The notes beneath the pieces were generated by a model, which was given only the letters and a program-made list of their open reading frames with translations, had not been told where the DNA came from and made no database searches. Of a stretch of 64,000 nt of DNA, positions 18,429-28,429 are shown one piece after another. This DNA is from Candidatus Aminicenantes bacterium (lineage in GTDB: Bacteria; Acidobacteriota; Aminicenantia; Aminicenantales; Saccharicenantaceae). The position numbers and the translations under genes were made by a program. Each line of letters starts with the position of its first letter. Within the stretch, counting starts at the first letter, position 1. The DNA lies in assembly GCA_963809345.1 (NCBI GenBank), contig CAWEJF010000015.1, positions 96,193 to 160,192 of the forward strand, in the 5' to 3' direction.

Positions 18429-20021
18429 ATGAGAAGATCGAGATCCCTGTCCTTCTCGGTGCTCGGACTGGTCGTCCTGGCCCTGTCGTTCCTGCCGGCA
18501 GCCCAGGCGCCGGCCGCGGGGGGCGATAGGCCGCTCGAGTTCGATTCCTGCACGAGCGTCCTCGTCGGCCGGCTGGCCTCGGTCGACGGTTCGACCATGA
18601 CCTCACATTCCTGCGATTCGGGGACGGACCGGACCTGGATGACCATCGTCCCCAACATGAAGCATAAGCCCGGCGAGACGGCCAAGGTCTACTATGAGCC
18701 CAAGCGGACCAAGGGACCACAGGACCCGGACCGTTTGGAGACGGGCGAGATCCCCCAGGTCGCCGAGACCTACGCGTTCCTCAACGCCGCGTATCCGATC
18801 ATGAACGAGCACCAGCTGGCCATCGGCGAGACGACGATCGGCAGCCGCCGTGAGCTCATGAGCGAGAACGGCATCATCGACGCGCCCGAGCTCTACCGGC
18901 TCGTCCTCGAGCGGGCCAAGACGGCCCGCCAGGCCATCCGCGTCGCCGACGAGCTGACTAAGGCCTACGGCTACAACGACTGGGGCGAATGCTTCACTTT
19001 CGCCGACACGAAGGAAGTCTGGCATTTCGAGATCCATGGCCCCGGGAAGGGCAACAAGGGTGCCGTGTGGGCGGCCCAGCGCGTCCCCGACGACGAGATC
19101 GGGGTGTCCGCCAACGCCGGGCGCATCCGCCAGATCGACCTCGCCGACCCGGACTTCTATATGGCTTCGGCCAACGTCATCTCTCTTGCCGAGGCGATGG
19201 GCTATTGGTCGAAGGCGAGCGGCAAGCCCTTCGAGTTCACCTACGCATACGATCCCGATTCGCGGACGAGCCTCTACTGCCGGCGCCGCGAATGGCGCGT
19301 CCTGAGCCTCCTGGCGCCGTCGCTGAGGCTCAATCCCGAGTCTGAGAACTATCCCTTCTCGGTCAAGCCCGACAAGAAAGTGAGCGTGGCCGACGTCCTG
19401 GCCATCTTCCGCGACACCTACGGCGGGACCGAGTACGACATGACCAGGACCCTGACGGCGGTCAACCGGAAGGGGGAGACCGTCAAGAGCCCCGTCGCGA
19501 CGCCGTTCATGAACGGGGACACCCTCGCGCTTTTCCGCCTGAAGCGGGAGCGGACGATCTGCTCGCCGGCGGCGACCTACCTCCAGATCACACAGTCGCG
19601 AGACGGGTTGCCCGGGCCTATCGGCGGCATCGTCTGGCTCGGCTACGACAACCCGGCCACGACCCCGCACCTCCCGTTCTACATCGGCATCTCCCAGATG
19701 CCCGCCTCCTATATGGTCGACGGCCGCTGGGCCTACAGCCGGGACTGCGCGTGGTGGGCGTTCCGGACGGTCAGCCGCCTGGCCAACTTCCGCTTCCAGG
19801 AGATGACGCAGGACATCGCCAATGTCTGGAAGCCGATGGAGGATAAGGCTTTCGCCGACCAGGCCAAGTTCGAGCAGGAGGTCCTGGGCGTCTACAAGAA
19901 GGATCCGAAGAAGGCCCGGGAGATGCTGACGAACTACTCCCACGATCTGGCCGCCAAAGCCGTCGCGGCTTATTTAAAGCTCGGCGACGACCTCTGGCTC
20001 AAGTACTCCGGGAACTTCTAA
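18429..20021 (+). CDS. C69 family dipeptidase, secreted
   Basis: Signal peptide, then DSCTSVLVGRLASVDGSTMTSHSCD (N-terminal nucleophile Cys context of C69 dipeptidases). Confidence 0.8.
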   Translation: MRRSRSLSFSVLGLVVLALSFLPAAQAPAAGGDRPLEFDSCTSVLVGRLASVDGSTMTSHSCDSGTDRTWMTIVPNMKHKPGETAKVYYEPKRTKGPQDPDRLETGEIPQVAETYAFLNAAYPIMNEHQLAIGETTIGSRRELMSENGIIDAPELYRLVLERAKTARQAIRVADELTKAYGYNDWGECFTFADTKEVWHFEIHGPGKGNKGAVWAAQRVPDDEIGVSANAGRIRQIDLADPDFYMASANVISLAEAMGYWSKASGKPFEFTYAYDPDSRTSLYCRRREWRVLSLLAPSLRLNPESENYPFSVKPDKKVSVADVLAIFRDTYGGTEYDMTRTLTAVNRKGETVKSPVATPFMNGDTLALFRLKRERTICSPAATYLQITQSRDGLPGPIGGIVWLGYDNPATTPHLPFYIGISQMPASYMVDGRWAYSRDCAWWAFRTVSRLANFRFQEMTQDIANVWKPMEDKAFADQAKFEQEVLGVYKKDPKKAREMLTNYSHDLAAKAVAAYLKLGDDLWLKYSGNF

Positions 20022-20022
20022 T

Positions 20023-22131
20023 TTGACGATCGTCGGCCTGCACGTCCTCGATTTCGCGATCGTCCTCGTCTTCATCCTCTTCGTCCTCTATCTCGGCTGG
20101 CGGGCCTCGCGCAAGACGAAGACGACCGAGGACTTCTACGTCGCCGGCCGCCGCCTCGGCAAGTTTTACCAGTTCTTCCTCAACCTCGGGACGTCGACCA
20201 ACGCCGACCAGGCCATCGTCGTCTCCCGCGAGGTCTATCGCCAGGGCGTCGGGGGCATGTGGATCCAGTACCTCGTCCTCTTCCTGACGCCGTTCTACTG
20301 GTTCACCACGGCCTTTTTCCGCCGCGTCCGGCTGGTGACGATCGGCGATTTCTTCACCGAGCGCTTCAAGAGCAAGTTCCTCGGCGCGGCTTTCGCGGTC
20401 TTCACGCTGTTCATGGCCCTCCTCGGCAACGGCGTCGGCTACATGGTCGCGGCCAAGACCATGATGGCCCTGACCCCCAAGCCCGCGGCGAAGTACACCG
20501 TCCAGGAGAAGGCGAGCGTCGACCTCTTCAACGAATACCGGGCCCTTCAGGTCAAGGCCGACAAGGTCGAGCTCGAGCCCGTCGACGCGGCCCGCCTGGC
20601 CGAGCTCGGCGAGCGGCAGAAGAAAGGCGAGCTCAAGGCCTTCATCTCCTACACCGATTCCGTCACGATCTATCTCATCTACACGGTCATCGTCGCGATC
20701 TACACGATGATGGGCGGGTTCATGGCCGCGGCCATCACCGACGTCATCCAGGGGTTCCTCCTGACGACGTTCTCGCTGATGCTCATCCCCATCGCCCTCA
20801 GCCGCGTCGGGGGCTTCGCCGGGCTCCACGCCGCGGTCCCGGACTTCATGTTCAAGCTGTTCGGGTCGTCGGCGACGAGCGAGTACGCCTGGTACACCGT
20901 CATGGCCATGGTCCTGGCCAACCTCGTCTCCATCATCGCCGTGGCCACGGGCATGCAGACGGCCGGCTCGGCCAAGAACGAGATGACGGCGCGGGTCGGC
21001 ATGATCGGCGGCATGTTCTTCAAGCGCGTCATCATGATCTTCTGGGCCCTGACCGGGCTCCTGGCCATCGCCCTCTATTCGGGGCAGCTCCACGACCCCG
21101 ATCTCATCTGGGGCCACATGACCATGGACCTGCTCTTTCCGGGGGCCATCGGGCTGATGATGGCCGGCGTGTTGTCGGCGAAGATGTCCAGCCTGGCCGG
21201 CTCGAGCGTCTCCTACGCGGCCCTCTTCATCCGCAACCTCTACCAGCCCTTCGTCAAGCCCAAATCCGACCGCCACCTCATCAACGTCGGGCGCGTCGCC
21301 ATTGGCGTCACCCTGCTCGGCGGCGTCGGCGTGGCCCTCTTCATCGGCAATCTGCTCGACATGTTCAAGTACTTCATCTCGCTCCCGGCCATCTTCGGCG
21401 CGGCCATCTGGCTGGGGTTTCTGTGGCGGCGGGTGACCAGGACCGCCGTCATCACCCAGGTCTTCATCTGCTTCGCCATCTATGCCCTTATCCCCAACGT
21501 TTTCCAGTCGCTCGAGTGGGCCCGGACGAAGCCGGGGTTCCTTCGCGAGACGAACGCCCGGGTCGTGACCATCACGACCCAGGCGGTCCGGGAGGACGTC
21601 GAGGCCGGGCGGGCGGCCGCGGCGGGAGAGGTCATCCGCAAGGAGCGGGTCAATCCGCCCGAAGGCATCTTCTATGAGAAGGTCGCCCGCGTCGACCCGG
21701 AGGACCCGGCCTCGCCCAAGGTCGGCATCGGCCGCTTCCACGCCGAGCTCTGGGTCGTGAGCTGGCTGGGGATCGATTTCACGGGCTTTTCCAAGGCCCA
21801 GCTGAGCGCGGTCCGGTTCGGCTTCGACGCCCTGTTCCCGTTCATCCTGCTCTTCCTGTTGAGCGCGTTCACGAAGCCCATTCCCAAGTCCGACCTCGAC
21901 CGTTTCTTCGCCCGGGTCCACACGCCGGTCCAGCCGACCGCCGAGGAGGAGGAGCGGGCCCTGCGCCGCGCCGTCGAACACTATGAAGAGGTCGAGGCGC
22001 GCAAGCTCAAGCCGGGCTCGAATTGGGAGATCATGAAGCCCAAGCTCATCGACGTCCTCGGCTTCGGCGGCTGCTGGGTCCTTGTCGGCGTCATCATCTT
22101 CCTCCTCTGGCTCATGGTGAACATCCGGTGA
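20023..22131 (+). CDS. sodium:solute symporter (SSS) family transporter
   Basis: TTG start right after the dipeptidase stop. EDFYVAGRRLG and multiple TM helices are typical of SSS. Confidence 0.85.
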   Translation: MTIVGLHVLDFAIVLVFILFVLYLGWRASRKTKTTEDFYVAGRRLGKFYQFFLNLGTSTNADQAIVVSREVYRQGVGGMWIQYLVLFLTPFYWFTTAFFRRVRLVTIGDFFTERFKSKFLGAAFAVFTLFMALLGNGVGYMVAAKTMMALTPKPAAKYTVQEKASVDLFNEYRALQVKADKVELEPVDAARLAELGERQKKGELKAFISYTDSVTIYLIYTVIVAIYTMMGGFMAAAITDVIQGFLLTTFSLMLIPIALSRVGGFAGLHAAVPDFMFKLFGSSATSEYAWYTVMAMVLANLVSIIAVATGMQTAGSAKNEMTARVGMIGGMFFKRVIMIFWALTGLLAIALYSGQLHDPDLIWGHMTMDLLFPGAIGLMMAGVLSAKMSSLAGSSVSYAALFIRNLYQPFVKPKSDRHLINVGRVAIGVTLLGGVGVALFIGNLLDMFKYFISLPAIFGAAIWLGFLWRRVTRTAVITQVFICFAIYALIPNVFQSLEWARTKPGFLRETNARVVTITTQAVREDVEAGRAAAAGEVIRKERVNPPEGIFYEKVARVDPEDPASPKVGIGRFHAELWVVSWLGIDFTGFSKAQLSAVRFGFDALFPFILLFLLSAFTKPIPKSDLDRFFARVHTPVQPTAEEEERALRRAVEHYEEVEARKLKPGSNWEIMKPKLIDVLGFGGCWVLVGVIIFLLWLMVNIR

Positions 22132-23192
22132 TGGACATCCGCGACCTGACGCTGGCGGAGCTGCGGGCCGAGCTCGAGGCGATGGGGGAGAGGCCGTTCC
22201 GGGCGGCCCAGATCTTCGACTGGCTCTATAAGAAGAGGGCGGCGACGTTCGACGCCTTCACGAGCCTGCCGAAGCCGCTGCGCGAGAAGCTGGCCGGCCG
22301 TTTCGCCTTCGAGCCGCTCGAGCTCGTCGACAAGCTCTCGTCCGCCGACGGAACGACGCGCTTCCTCTTCCGCCTCGCCGACGGCCTGCATATCGAGTCG
22401 GTCCTCATCCCGGCCGGGAAGCGCCTGACCGTCTGCCTCTCGACCCAGGTCGGCTGCAAGTTCGCCTGTGCTTTCTGCGCCAGCGGCCGTCACGGCTTCA
22501 AGCGCAACCTGGCGCCCTCAGAGATCGTCGGACAGGGCCTCTTCCTTGAGACGGCCCTCGGCCGCGACCTGACGAACTACGTGTTCATGGGCATGGGCGA
22601 GCCCCTCGACAACTGGACGAACGTCGAGAAGGCCATCCGCATCATGAACGCGCCCGAGGGGCTGGCGATCGCCGCCCGGAGGATCACCGTATCGACCGCT
22701 GGCTTCACCGACGCCTTCAAGCGCCTCGAGGCCCTCGACCTCCAGATCAACCTGTCGATCTCCCTCCACGCCGTCACCGACCGCCGCCGCGACCGGCTCA
22801 TGCCCATCAACCGCCGCTTCCCCCTCGAGCCGCTCGTCGAGGCGGCCGAGTCCTACATCCGCTCCGGCGGCCGGATGATCACCCTCGAATACATCGTCAT
22901 CCGGGGGCTCAACGATTCCCTCGATGACGCCGACGGCCTGGCCGGGATCGCCCGAAGGCTCCGGGCCAAGGTCAACCTGATCGCCTACAGCCCCGTCGAG
23001 CGGGCCGATTTCGAAACCCCGACCGAAGCCGACATGGCCCGTTTCAAGCGCTGGCTCGAGGAGCGCAAGGTCAACACCGTCGTGCGCCTCTCCAAGGGCG
23101 CCGATATCGCGGCCGCTTGCGGTCAGTTGGCCGGCCGATTCCTGGAAACGCCCGCTCCGGCGTCGCCGCCGCTGGCCAGGAGGAAGCCATGA
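22131..23192 (+). CDS. rlmN: 23S rRNA/tRNA (adenine-C2)-methyltransferase RlmN (radical SAM)
   Basis: MDIRDLTLAELRAELEAMGERPFRAAQIFDWLY N-terminus. CKFACAFC radical SAM motif. ATG overlaps the upstream TGA. Confidence 0.9.
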   Translation: MDIRDLTLAELRAELEAMGERPFRAAQIFDWLYKKRAATFDAFTSLPKPLREKLAGRFAFEPLELVDKLSSADGTTRFLFRLADGLHIESVLIPAGKRLTVCLSTQVGCKFACAFCASGRHGFKRNLAPSEIVGQGLFLETALGRDLTNYVFMGMGEPLDNWTNVEKAIRIMNAPEGLAIAARRITVSTAGFTDAFKRLEALDLQINLSISLHAVTDRRRDRLMPINRRFPLEPLVEAAESYIRSGGRMITLEYIVIRGLNDSLDDADGLAGIARRLRAKVNLIAYSPVERADFETPTEADMARFKRWLEERKVNTVVRLSKGADIAAACGQLAGRFLETPAPASPPLARRKP

Positions 23193-23448
23193 GAACGATC
23201 CGGTGATCGTCCTCGGGACAACCTCCCTCCGTCCCGCCGACGTCCTCATCTGGCGCTAGCTCGCGGAGTCGTCCGCTCCGGACGGCCGCCCGGCCCCCTC
23301 GCCTTGACACGGGCAACGGCAGGGACTACCCTCAGATGAGGTCAACCGGGTGGGAAAATTGACGTGGAAATCAGAACATCTTGACGCATTCTTGACAACT
23401 CGTGGCGGCAGACCAGCCATATTTAAGAAGGGATCCAGAGGTTCCGTG

Positions 23449-25860
23449 ATGAAGGCCTCGTACACCAGGTTCTTCTGGTCGACATACGCCATCCTCCTGA
23501 TGACCCAGCTCGACCGGGCCCTCGTTCAACGGACCTTCGGGGATATCCTGTTGAGGACGGTGGCGGCGTTCGGCCTGAGCCTCGTCGCCGCGCCGCTCCT
23601 GCACCTCCTCCTGACGGCCGCATGGTACCCGTTGTCAAAAACAATGCCGGAGGATCGGCCGGAACGCGTCTCGGCCTTCCTCTCGCCCTTCCTTCTCTGC
23701 TTTCTCTACGTGGCCGTCTTCCTGGCCGGGTCCCGGCCTTCGCCCGGGTTGAGGCTGCTCTTCTGGGCGGTCCCTCTCCTCCTGGCCTTCGGGGGTATCG
23801 GGCTCATTCGGCCGTCGCCCGCCACCGCAATGCCTCGGCCACGCTTTGCCTCCGCCGTCCGGGCTTCCCTGTCCCACACCCTTCGCGGCTCCCTCGAGCT
23901 CGTCAAGAACGGATTTCTTCCCGCCCGGCTTCTTTCGCGGGACCGCCGCCCGGGAACCTGGCTCGGGCTGGCTCTTGTGCCTCTGCTCGCGGCTTACGGC
24001 TTCCTGCTGGTGGCCTACGGCCCGCCCGTCGGGGGCTCGATCCTCAAATCGGGACTCCTCATGCTGTTCACTTTGGCTCCGCCCGCCCTCTTCTTTGCCG
24101 CTCTCTCCGTCATGGCGGGGAAGAGCCGGGGCCTTTTTGCCGCTCTCTTCGGGCTTGGCTGGCTGCTGCAATTCTTCCTCCTCTTCTTTCATTTCACGAC
24201 CGGTTCGCCTCTCGATCTGTCCCTGATCCTGACCAACAAGGACACGATCTTCAAGCGGGACGCCTTCATCGTCTACGGTTCCAGGATCCAATGGCCCTTT
24301 CTCATCGCCCTGATCCTCATCGGGGTCGTTTGGCCGATCGTTCTGCAGGCGAGGTTCAAGATCTTCCCGACCCGGACCCTGAAAGCCCGTTCCTTTCTTC
24401 CTGTCCTTGCGTGGCCGGCCCTGATGGCCGTCCTGATCCTGACCTCGGCCCCATCCCTGGACGAGTTCGCCCTTTTCGGCCGTTCCGTCCGGTCGCACCT
24501 GAACGAGCGGATCACCGAGGAGCAGATTCGTCAGGCCCTGCCGACGCCCTATCCGTACGTCCGGACGGGCTTCCCCCTGACCTACCAAGGCCCGCGGAGC
24601 GACCGGCCTGACATCTTTGTGGTGCTTCTCGAATCCTTCAATGAGCGACTCGTGGAAAAGACGGCCCCCAACGGCCTCGAGATCACGCCCGTCTTCAATT
24701 CCCTTATCCGGCAGGGCGTCTATGTCGAGAACTTCTACAACAATTCCATGCAGACCTCGAGAGCGCTCTTCATCATCTTCAGCGGCGTCTACGAAAGCTA
24801 CAAGGGGAAGGCCTTCCGCATGTCGACGGACCTGAACCTCCGGCCGCTTCCGGAGATCCTGGACGAACAGGGATACCGTACCGTCTTCTTCAACGCCCAC
24901 GACGACCTGAATTTTGACAACAAGGGCCCCTACCTGCGCAAGATGGGATTCCGGTCGCTCGTGGCCATGACGGGCAGTCTCATCCAGGACGTTCCTCGGG
25001 ACAAATTCTGGAACTGGGGGATCCAGGACGATGTCTTCTTCCAGAAATCGTTCGATTGGCTGGACGCCGAAGAACGTCAAGATCCGGAGTCGGCGAGGGC
25101 GCCGCTGCTGGCCGTCTATCTCACACTCGCTCAGCACTATCCCCACGACCGTATTCCGGCCGCCTTGCGCTTCGTTTATCCGACGCCCAAGGACCGGTCT
25201 GAGCACTTCATCAACGCCCAATATCTCACCGACCGGTTCCTGGCCGAATTCTTCCGCCAGCTTGAGATCCGGCCGCGGTTCAGAGACGCCATCATCATCC
25301 TCACGGGCGACCACAGCTTCCCGGCGGGGGAGCACGGCAACTTCAACGAGCAAGGGTTCTATGAGGAAGGCTACAGGACCCCCCTCCTCGTCATCTGGAA
25401 GGATCATCTCCAGCCCGGCCGGATCGGGGAGACCGCCTACGACCAGGTCGACATCGCCCCCACGATCCTCGACTTGCTGGGCATCGACACCCCCAACCAT
25501 TTCATCGGCCGTTCACTCTTCGCGCCGGCCGCTCCCCGGCCGCTCCTCCTGACCCAGCCTTATGACGGGCAGTACCTGAGCGTCGTCGACTACCCCTTCA
25601 AATATGTCCGGCACCTCCTCGACGGCAGCGAGAAGCTGTTCGACGTGGCGGCCGATCCCGGCGAGGAACACGATCTCTCTTCGGACCCGGCCCGGGGGGA
25701 CCAGCTCAGGCGTGGACGCCGAGAGATGGACGAGCTCAAGAAGGGCCAGGTCGTTCTGGAGATGAACCGGATCTGGGACCCCCGGATCCGGCCGCGCCGG
25801 CGCGACGGTCGAAACGACGTTTCCCCGGGGAAAGAGAGCCCTATCAGCCGGGAACGATGA
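23449..25860 (+). CDS. LtaS/MdoB-like sulfatase-family transferase with polytopic N-terminal membrane domain
   Basis: Many N-terminal TM helices. The alkaline-phosphatase-superfamily domain starts at DIFVVLLESFN. Later motif ILTGDHSFP. The ORF opens at 23350. Confidence 0.8.
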   Translation: MKASYTRFFWSTYAILLMTQLDRALVQRTFGDILLRTVAAFGLSLVAAPLLHLLLTAAWYPLSKTMPEDRPERVSAFLSPFLLCFLYVAVFLAGSRPSPGLRLLFWAVPLLLAFGGIGLIRPSPATAMPRPRFASAVRASLSHTLRGSLELVKNGFLPARLLSRDRRPGTWLGLALVPLLAAYGFLLVAYGPPVGGSILKSGLLMLFTLAPPALFFAALSVMAGKSRGLFAALFGLGWLLQFFLLFFHFTTGSPLDLSLILTNKDTIFKRDAFIVYGSRIQWPFLIALILIGVVWPIVLQARFKIFPTRTLKARSFLPVLAWPALMAVLILTSAPSLDEFALFGRSVRSHLNERITEEQIRQALPTPYPYVRTGFPLTYQGPRSDRPDIFVVLLESFNERLVEKTAPNGLEITPVFNSLIRQGVYVENFYNNSMQTSRALFIIFSGVYESYKGKAFRMSTDLNLRPLPEILDEQGYRTVFFNAHDDLNFDNKGPYLRKMGFRSLVAMTGSLIQDVPRDKFWNWGIQDDVFFQKSFDWLDAEERQDPESARAPLLAVYLTLAQHYPHDRIPAALRFVYPTPKDRSEHFINAQYLTDRFLAEFFRQLEIRPRFRDAIIILTGDHSFPAGEHGNFNEQGFYEEGYRTPLLVIWKDHLQPGRIGETAYDQVDIAPTILDLLGIDTPNHFIGRSLFAPAAPRPLLLTQPYDGQYLSVVDYPFKYVRHLLDGSEKLFDVAADPGEEHDLSSDPARGDQLRRGRREMDELKKGQVVLEMNRIWDPRIRPRRRDGRNDVSPGKESPISRER

Positions 25861-27142
25861 CGGGTTTGCGGAGCGCGAGCACCGTCAGGGTCTCGATGTG
25901 CGGAGTGTGGGGGAAGAAATCGTAGACGCGCACGTTGGCGACGTCGTACGCTTCGAGCAATCCCTTGAGGTCCCTGGCCAGGGTCGTCGGGTTGCACGAG
26001 AGGTAGAGGAGCCGGGGCACGGGATCGTCGACGAGCCGGGCCACGATCTCCGGATGGACGCCCCGGCGCGGCGGGTCGAGGATGACGACGCCCGGCCCCC
26101 GCTCGAGGATCTCCGGCAGCCACTCCTCGGCCGTCCCCTGGCAAACCGCGAAATTTCCGATGCCGTTAAGGGTCAGGTTCTTCTTCAGGAAGTCGACGTT
26201 CCCGGCCTCCGGCTCGACCCCGAAGACCTCCCGGGCCCGCTTCGCCAAGGACATGCCGAACGTGCCCAGCCCGCAATAGAGGTCCGCGACGACCGATTCG
26301 GCCATCGGCCCGGCCGCGGCGGCCACGTCCTCGAACACGCGCTCGAGGATGCCGACGTTCGTCTGGAAGAAGGACCGCGCCCCGATACGGAAGGCCAAGC
26401 CCCCGGCCCTCTCCTCGATGAAATCCCGGCCGAAGAGCTTCTCGTCCCGGAAATGCTTGCCGTCGAAGATCGACGCGACCGCGCCCACAAGGCCGTATTC
26501 GCGCTTGAGCCCTTTCAGCGCCGCGGCCACCGCGGCCGTCTCCGCCTCCGTGGCCAGGTCGCAGAGAACGAGCGACTCTCCGGTCGCCCGGCTGGTCTTG
26601 ATCTCGATGCCGTCGACGGACGCCAGCGGGACGCTCTCGATGACGTCGCGGATGCGGCCGAGGAGGTCGTTGACGCGGTCCGCGACGAGATAGCACCTGT
26701 CGACGGCGACGAACGAGGCCTGCTCGCCGGGCTCGTGGTAGACGAACTTGACCTCGCCGTCCTCCCGCAGGACCCTCAGCCCGATCTTGTTCCTGTAGCC
26801 CCAGATCTCCGGCGACGGCGTCAGCTCGAGGTTCGCGAACGGCCGCTTGAGCTCGCGCGTCAGGATCTCCGCGACCTGTTTTCTCTTGATGTCGACTTCG
26901 AGGGCGTAATCCATGTCCTGGTAGGGCGAGCAGGCGAGATAGTGCCCGCAGCGGGGCTCGACCCGGGCCGGCGACCGCTCGGCGATCCTGATCGTCCGGG
27001 CCTCGGCATAGCTCCGGCGGTCCTTGAAGACCTCGACCTCGACGGTCTCGCCCGGAAGCCCCCGGTCCGTGAAGACGACCTTGCCTTCGAGGAGGCCCAT
27101 CCTTCGGCCCGGGTAGACGATCTTCTCGATGCGGATCAGCAT
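25844..27142 (-). CDS. RumA/RlmD-type 23S rRNA (uracil-C5)-methyltransferase
   Basis: Start MLIRIEKIVYPG (TRAM-like N-terminus). DLYCGLGTFG SAM motif. LYLSCNPTTLARD catalytic Cys motif. Confidence 0.85.
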   Translation of the reverse strand: MLIRIEKIVYPGRRMGLLEGKVVFTDRGLPGETVEVEVFKDRRSYAEARTIRIAERSPARVEPRCGHYLACSPYQDMDYALEVDIKRKQVAEILTRELKRPFANLELTPSPEIWGYRNKIGLRVLREDGEVKFVYHEPGEQASFVAVDRCYLVADRVNDLLGRIRDVIESVPLASVDGIEIKTSRATGESLVLCDLATEAETAAVAAALKGLKREYGLVGAVASIFDGKHFRDEKLFGRDFIEERAGGLAFRIGARSFFQTNVGILERVFEDVAAAAGPMAESVVADLYCGLGTFGMSLAKRAREVFGVEPEAGNVDFLKKNLTLNGIGNFAVCQGTAEEWLPEILERGPGVVILDPPRRGVHPEIVARLVDDPVPRLLYLSCNPTTLARDLKGLLEAYDVANVRVYDFFPHTPHIETLTVLALRKPVIVPG

Positions 27143-27171
27143 GACACTCCGATGCGCTTCCGCGCTCACCC

Positions 27172-28419
27172 CTATCGCGATGGGAACGATGGATAATCCC
27201 TGAGATCGATCTTCGTCCCTTTGGCGCTCCACGGCAGGCCCATCTCCGAGGGCAGCCGCTCGGACTCGTAGCACGACGCGAGAGCCGCGTCGAGCCCCTC
27301 CACGACGAGCCGGCGCGCGCCAGGCGTCTCAATGGCCAGCCGCCTCGACTCCGGCCCCTCGACGGTCCGGACGAGCCCAGCCGGGAAATCGCGGATGTCC
27401 GGCATCGAGTCCTGGATGCCGTTCATGCACAGCGTCTGGCTCGCCGCCGCCTCGAGCCCGCAGAGCGGCCGGCCGCCTTCCTCTCGGACCCCGGCGATCG
27501 ACTGCCAGAGCTTGTTCATGGGCTCGTCGTCGGGGACGCCGTAATCCTTGCGCGTCCCGTCCGGGAACTCGGCCCACAGGCCCGAGGTCCGGCTGTCGCA
27601 GCGGACGACGGCTTTCTCGAACTCGTAGCGCACGACCGGGCCCCGGTCCTCGTCCGAGGCGTGGCTCACGAAGAACAGGAGCTCGACCCCCTCCTCCGTC
27701 CGGACGCGGGCGGCCGCGGTGTCGAAGTTCTCGATGGCGTTGGCCCGGTAGAGCTCGGCCTCGACTTCGGCGGGCCGGGCGCTCGTCTCCTTCTCCTTGC
27801 CGAGGACGTAGAACATGTTATGGAGGTCGTGGGCCATGGCGTTCTGGACCGGGCTGTCCAGGACCCAGGCCCCCTCCGCGTCGCGCCGTTTCCCGGCCCA
27901 TTCGTTCCTCGAGTAGTATCCCTCGTCGCGGGGCCAGAGATAGAGGCACTTGAACTTTTTGGCCGCGCCGAAGAGCCCCGAGCGGATGTCATTCTTGAGG
28001 GCCTGAACCGCGGGGCTGAAGGACCACTGGTAGCCGACGGCGACCCAGCGGCTCGCGGCCTTCTCGGCCTCGATCGCGGCCCGGACCTCCTGGATCGTAC
28101 CGGCCGCGGGCTTCTCGCAGAGGACGTGGCTGCCCTTGATCAGGGCGAACGTGGTCTGCGGCATGTGCACCTGGATGGGAGAGGACAGGACGGCCAGGTC
28201 CGCCTTCCTGTTCCTGTAGAAATCCTGGAGGTTGACGAAGCAGGGCACGCCCATGGCCCGCATCTCGACGTATTGCTTGCAGCGGTTGGGTTGGGGATCG
28301 ACGGCCCCGGCGATGCGGAACAGGTCTTCGTCTTTCCGCTCGAGCAGGGCTTGGAGGTAGACGGCTCCCATGCCGCCGACCCCGATCATCACCAGAGATA
28401 CAGGTTCCGCCACGGTCAC
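27172..28419 (-). CDS. Gfo/Idh/MocA family oxidoreductase
   Basis: GTG start. MIGVGGMGAVY Rossmann motif. CEKP motif. Confidence 0.85.
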   Translation of the reverse strand: MTVAEPVSLVMIGVGGMGAVYLQALLERKDEDLFRIAGAVDPQPNRCKQYVEMRAMGVPCFVNLQDFYRNRKADLAVLSSPIQVHMPQTTFALIKGSHVLCEKPAAGTIQEVRAAIEAEKAASRWVAVGYQWSFSPAVQALKNDIRSGLFGAAKKFKCLYLWPRDEGYYSRNEWAGKRRDAEGAWVLDSPVQNAMAHDLHNMFYVLGKEKETSARPAEVEAELYRANAIENFDTAAARVRTEEGVELLFFVSHASDEDRGPVVRYEFEKAVVRCDSRTSGLWAEFPDGTRKDYGVPDDEPMNKLWQSIAGVREEGGRPLCGLEAAASQTLCMNGIQDSMPDIRDFPAGLVRTVEGPESRRLAIETPGARRLVVEGLDAALASCYESERLPSEMGLPWSAKGTKIDLRDYPSFPSR

Positions 28420-28429
28420 ACTCTCTCGG

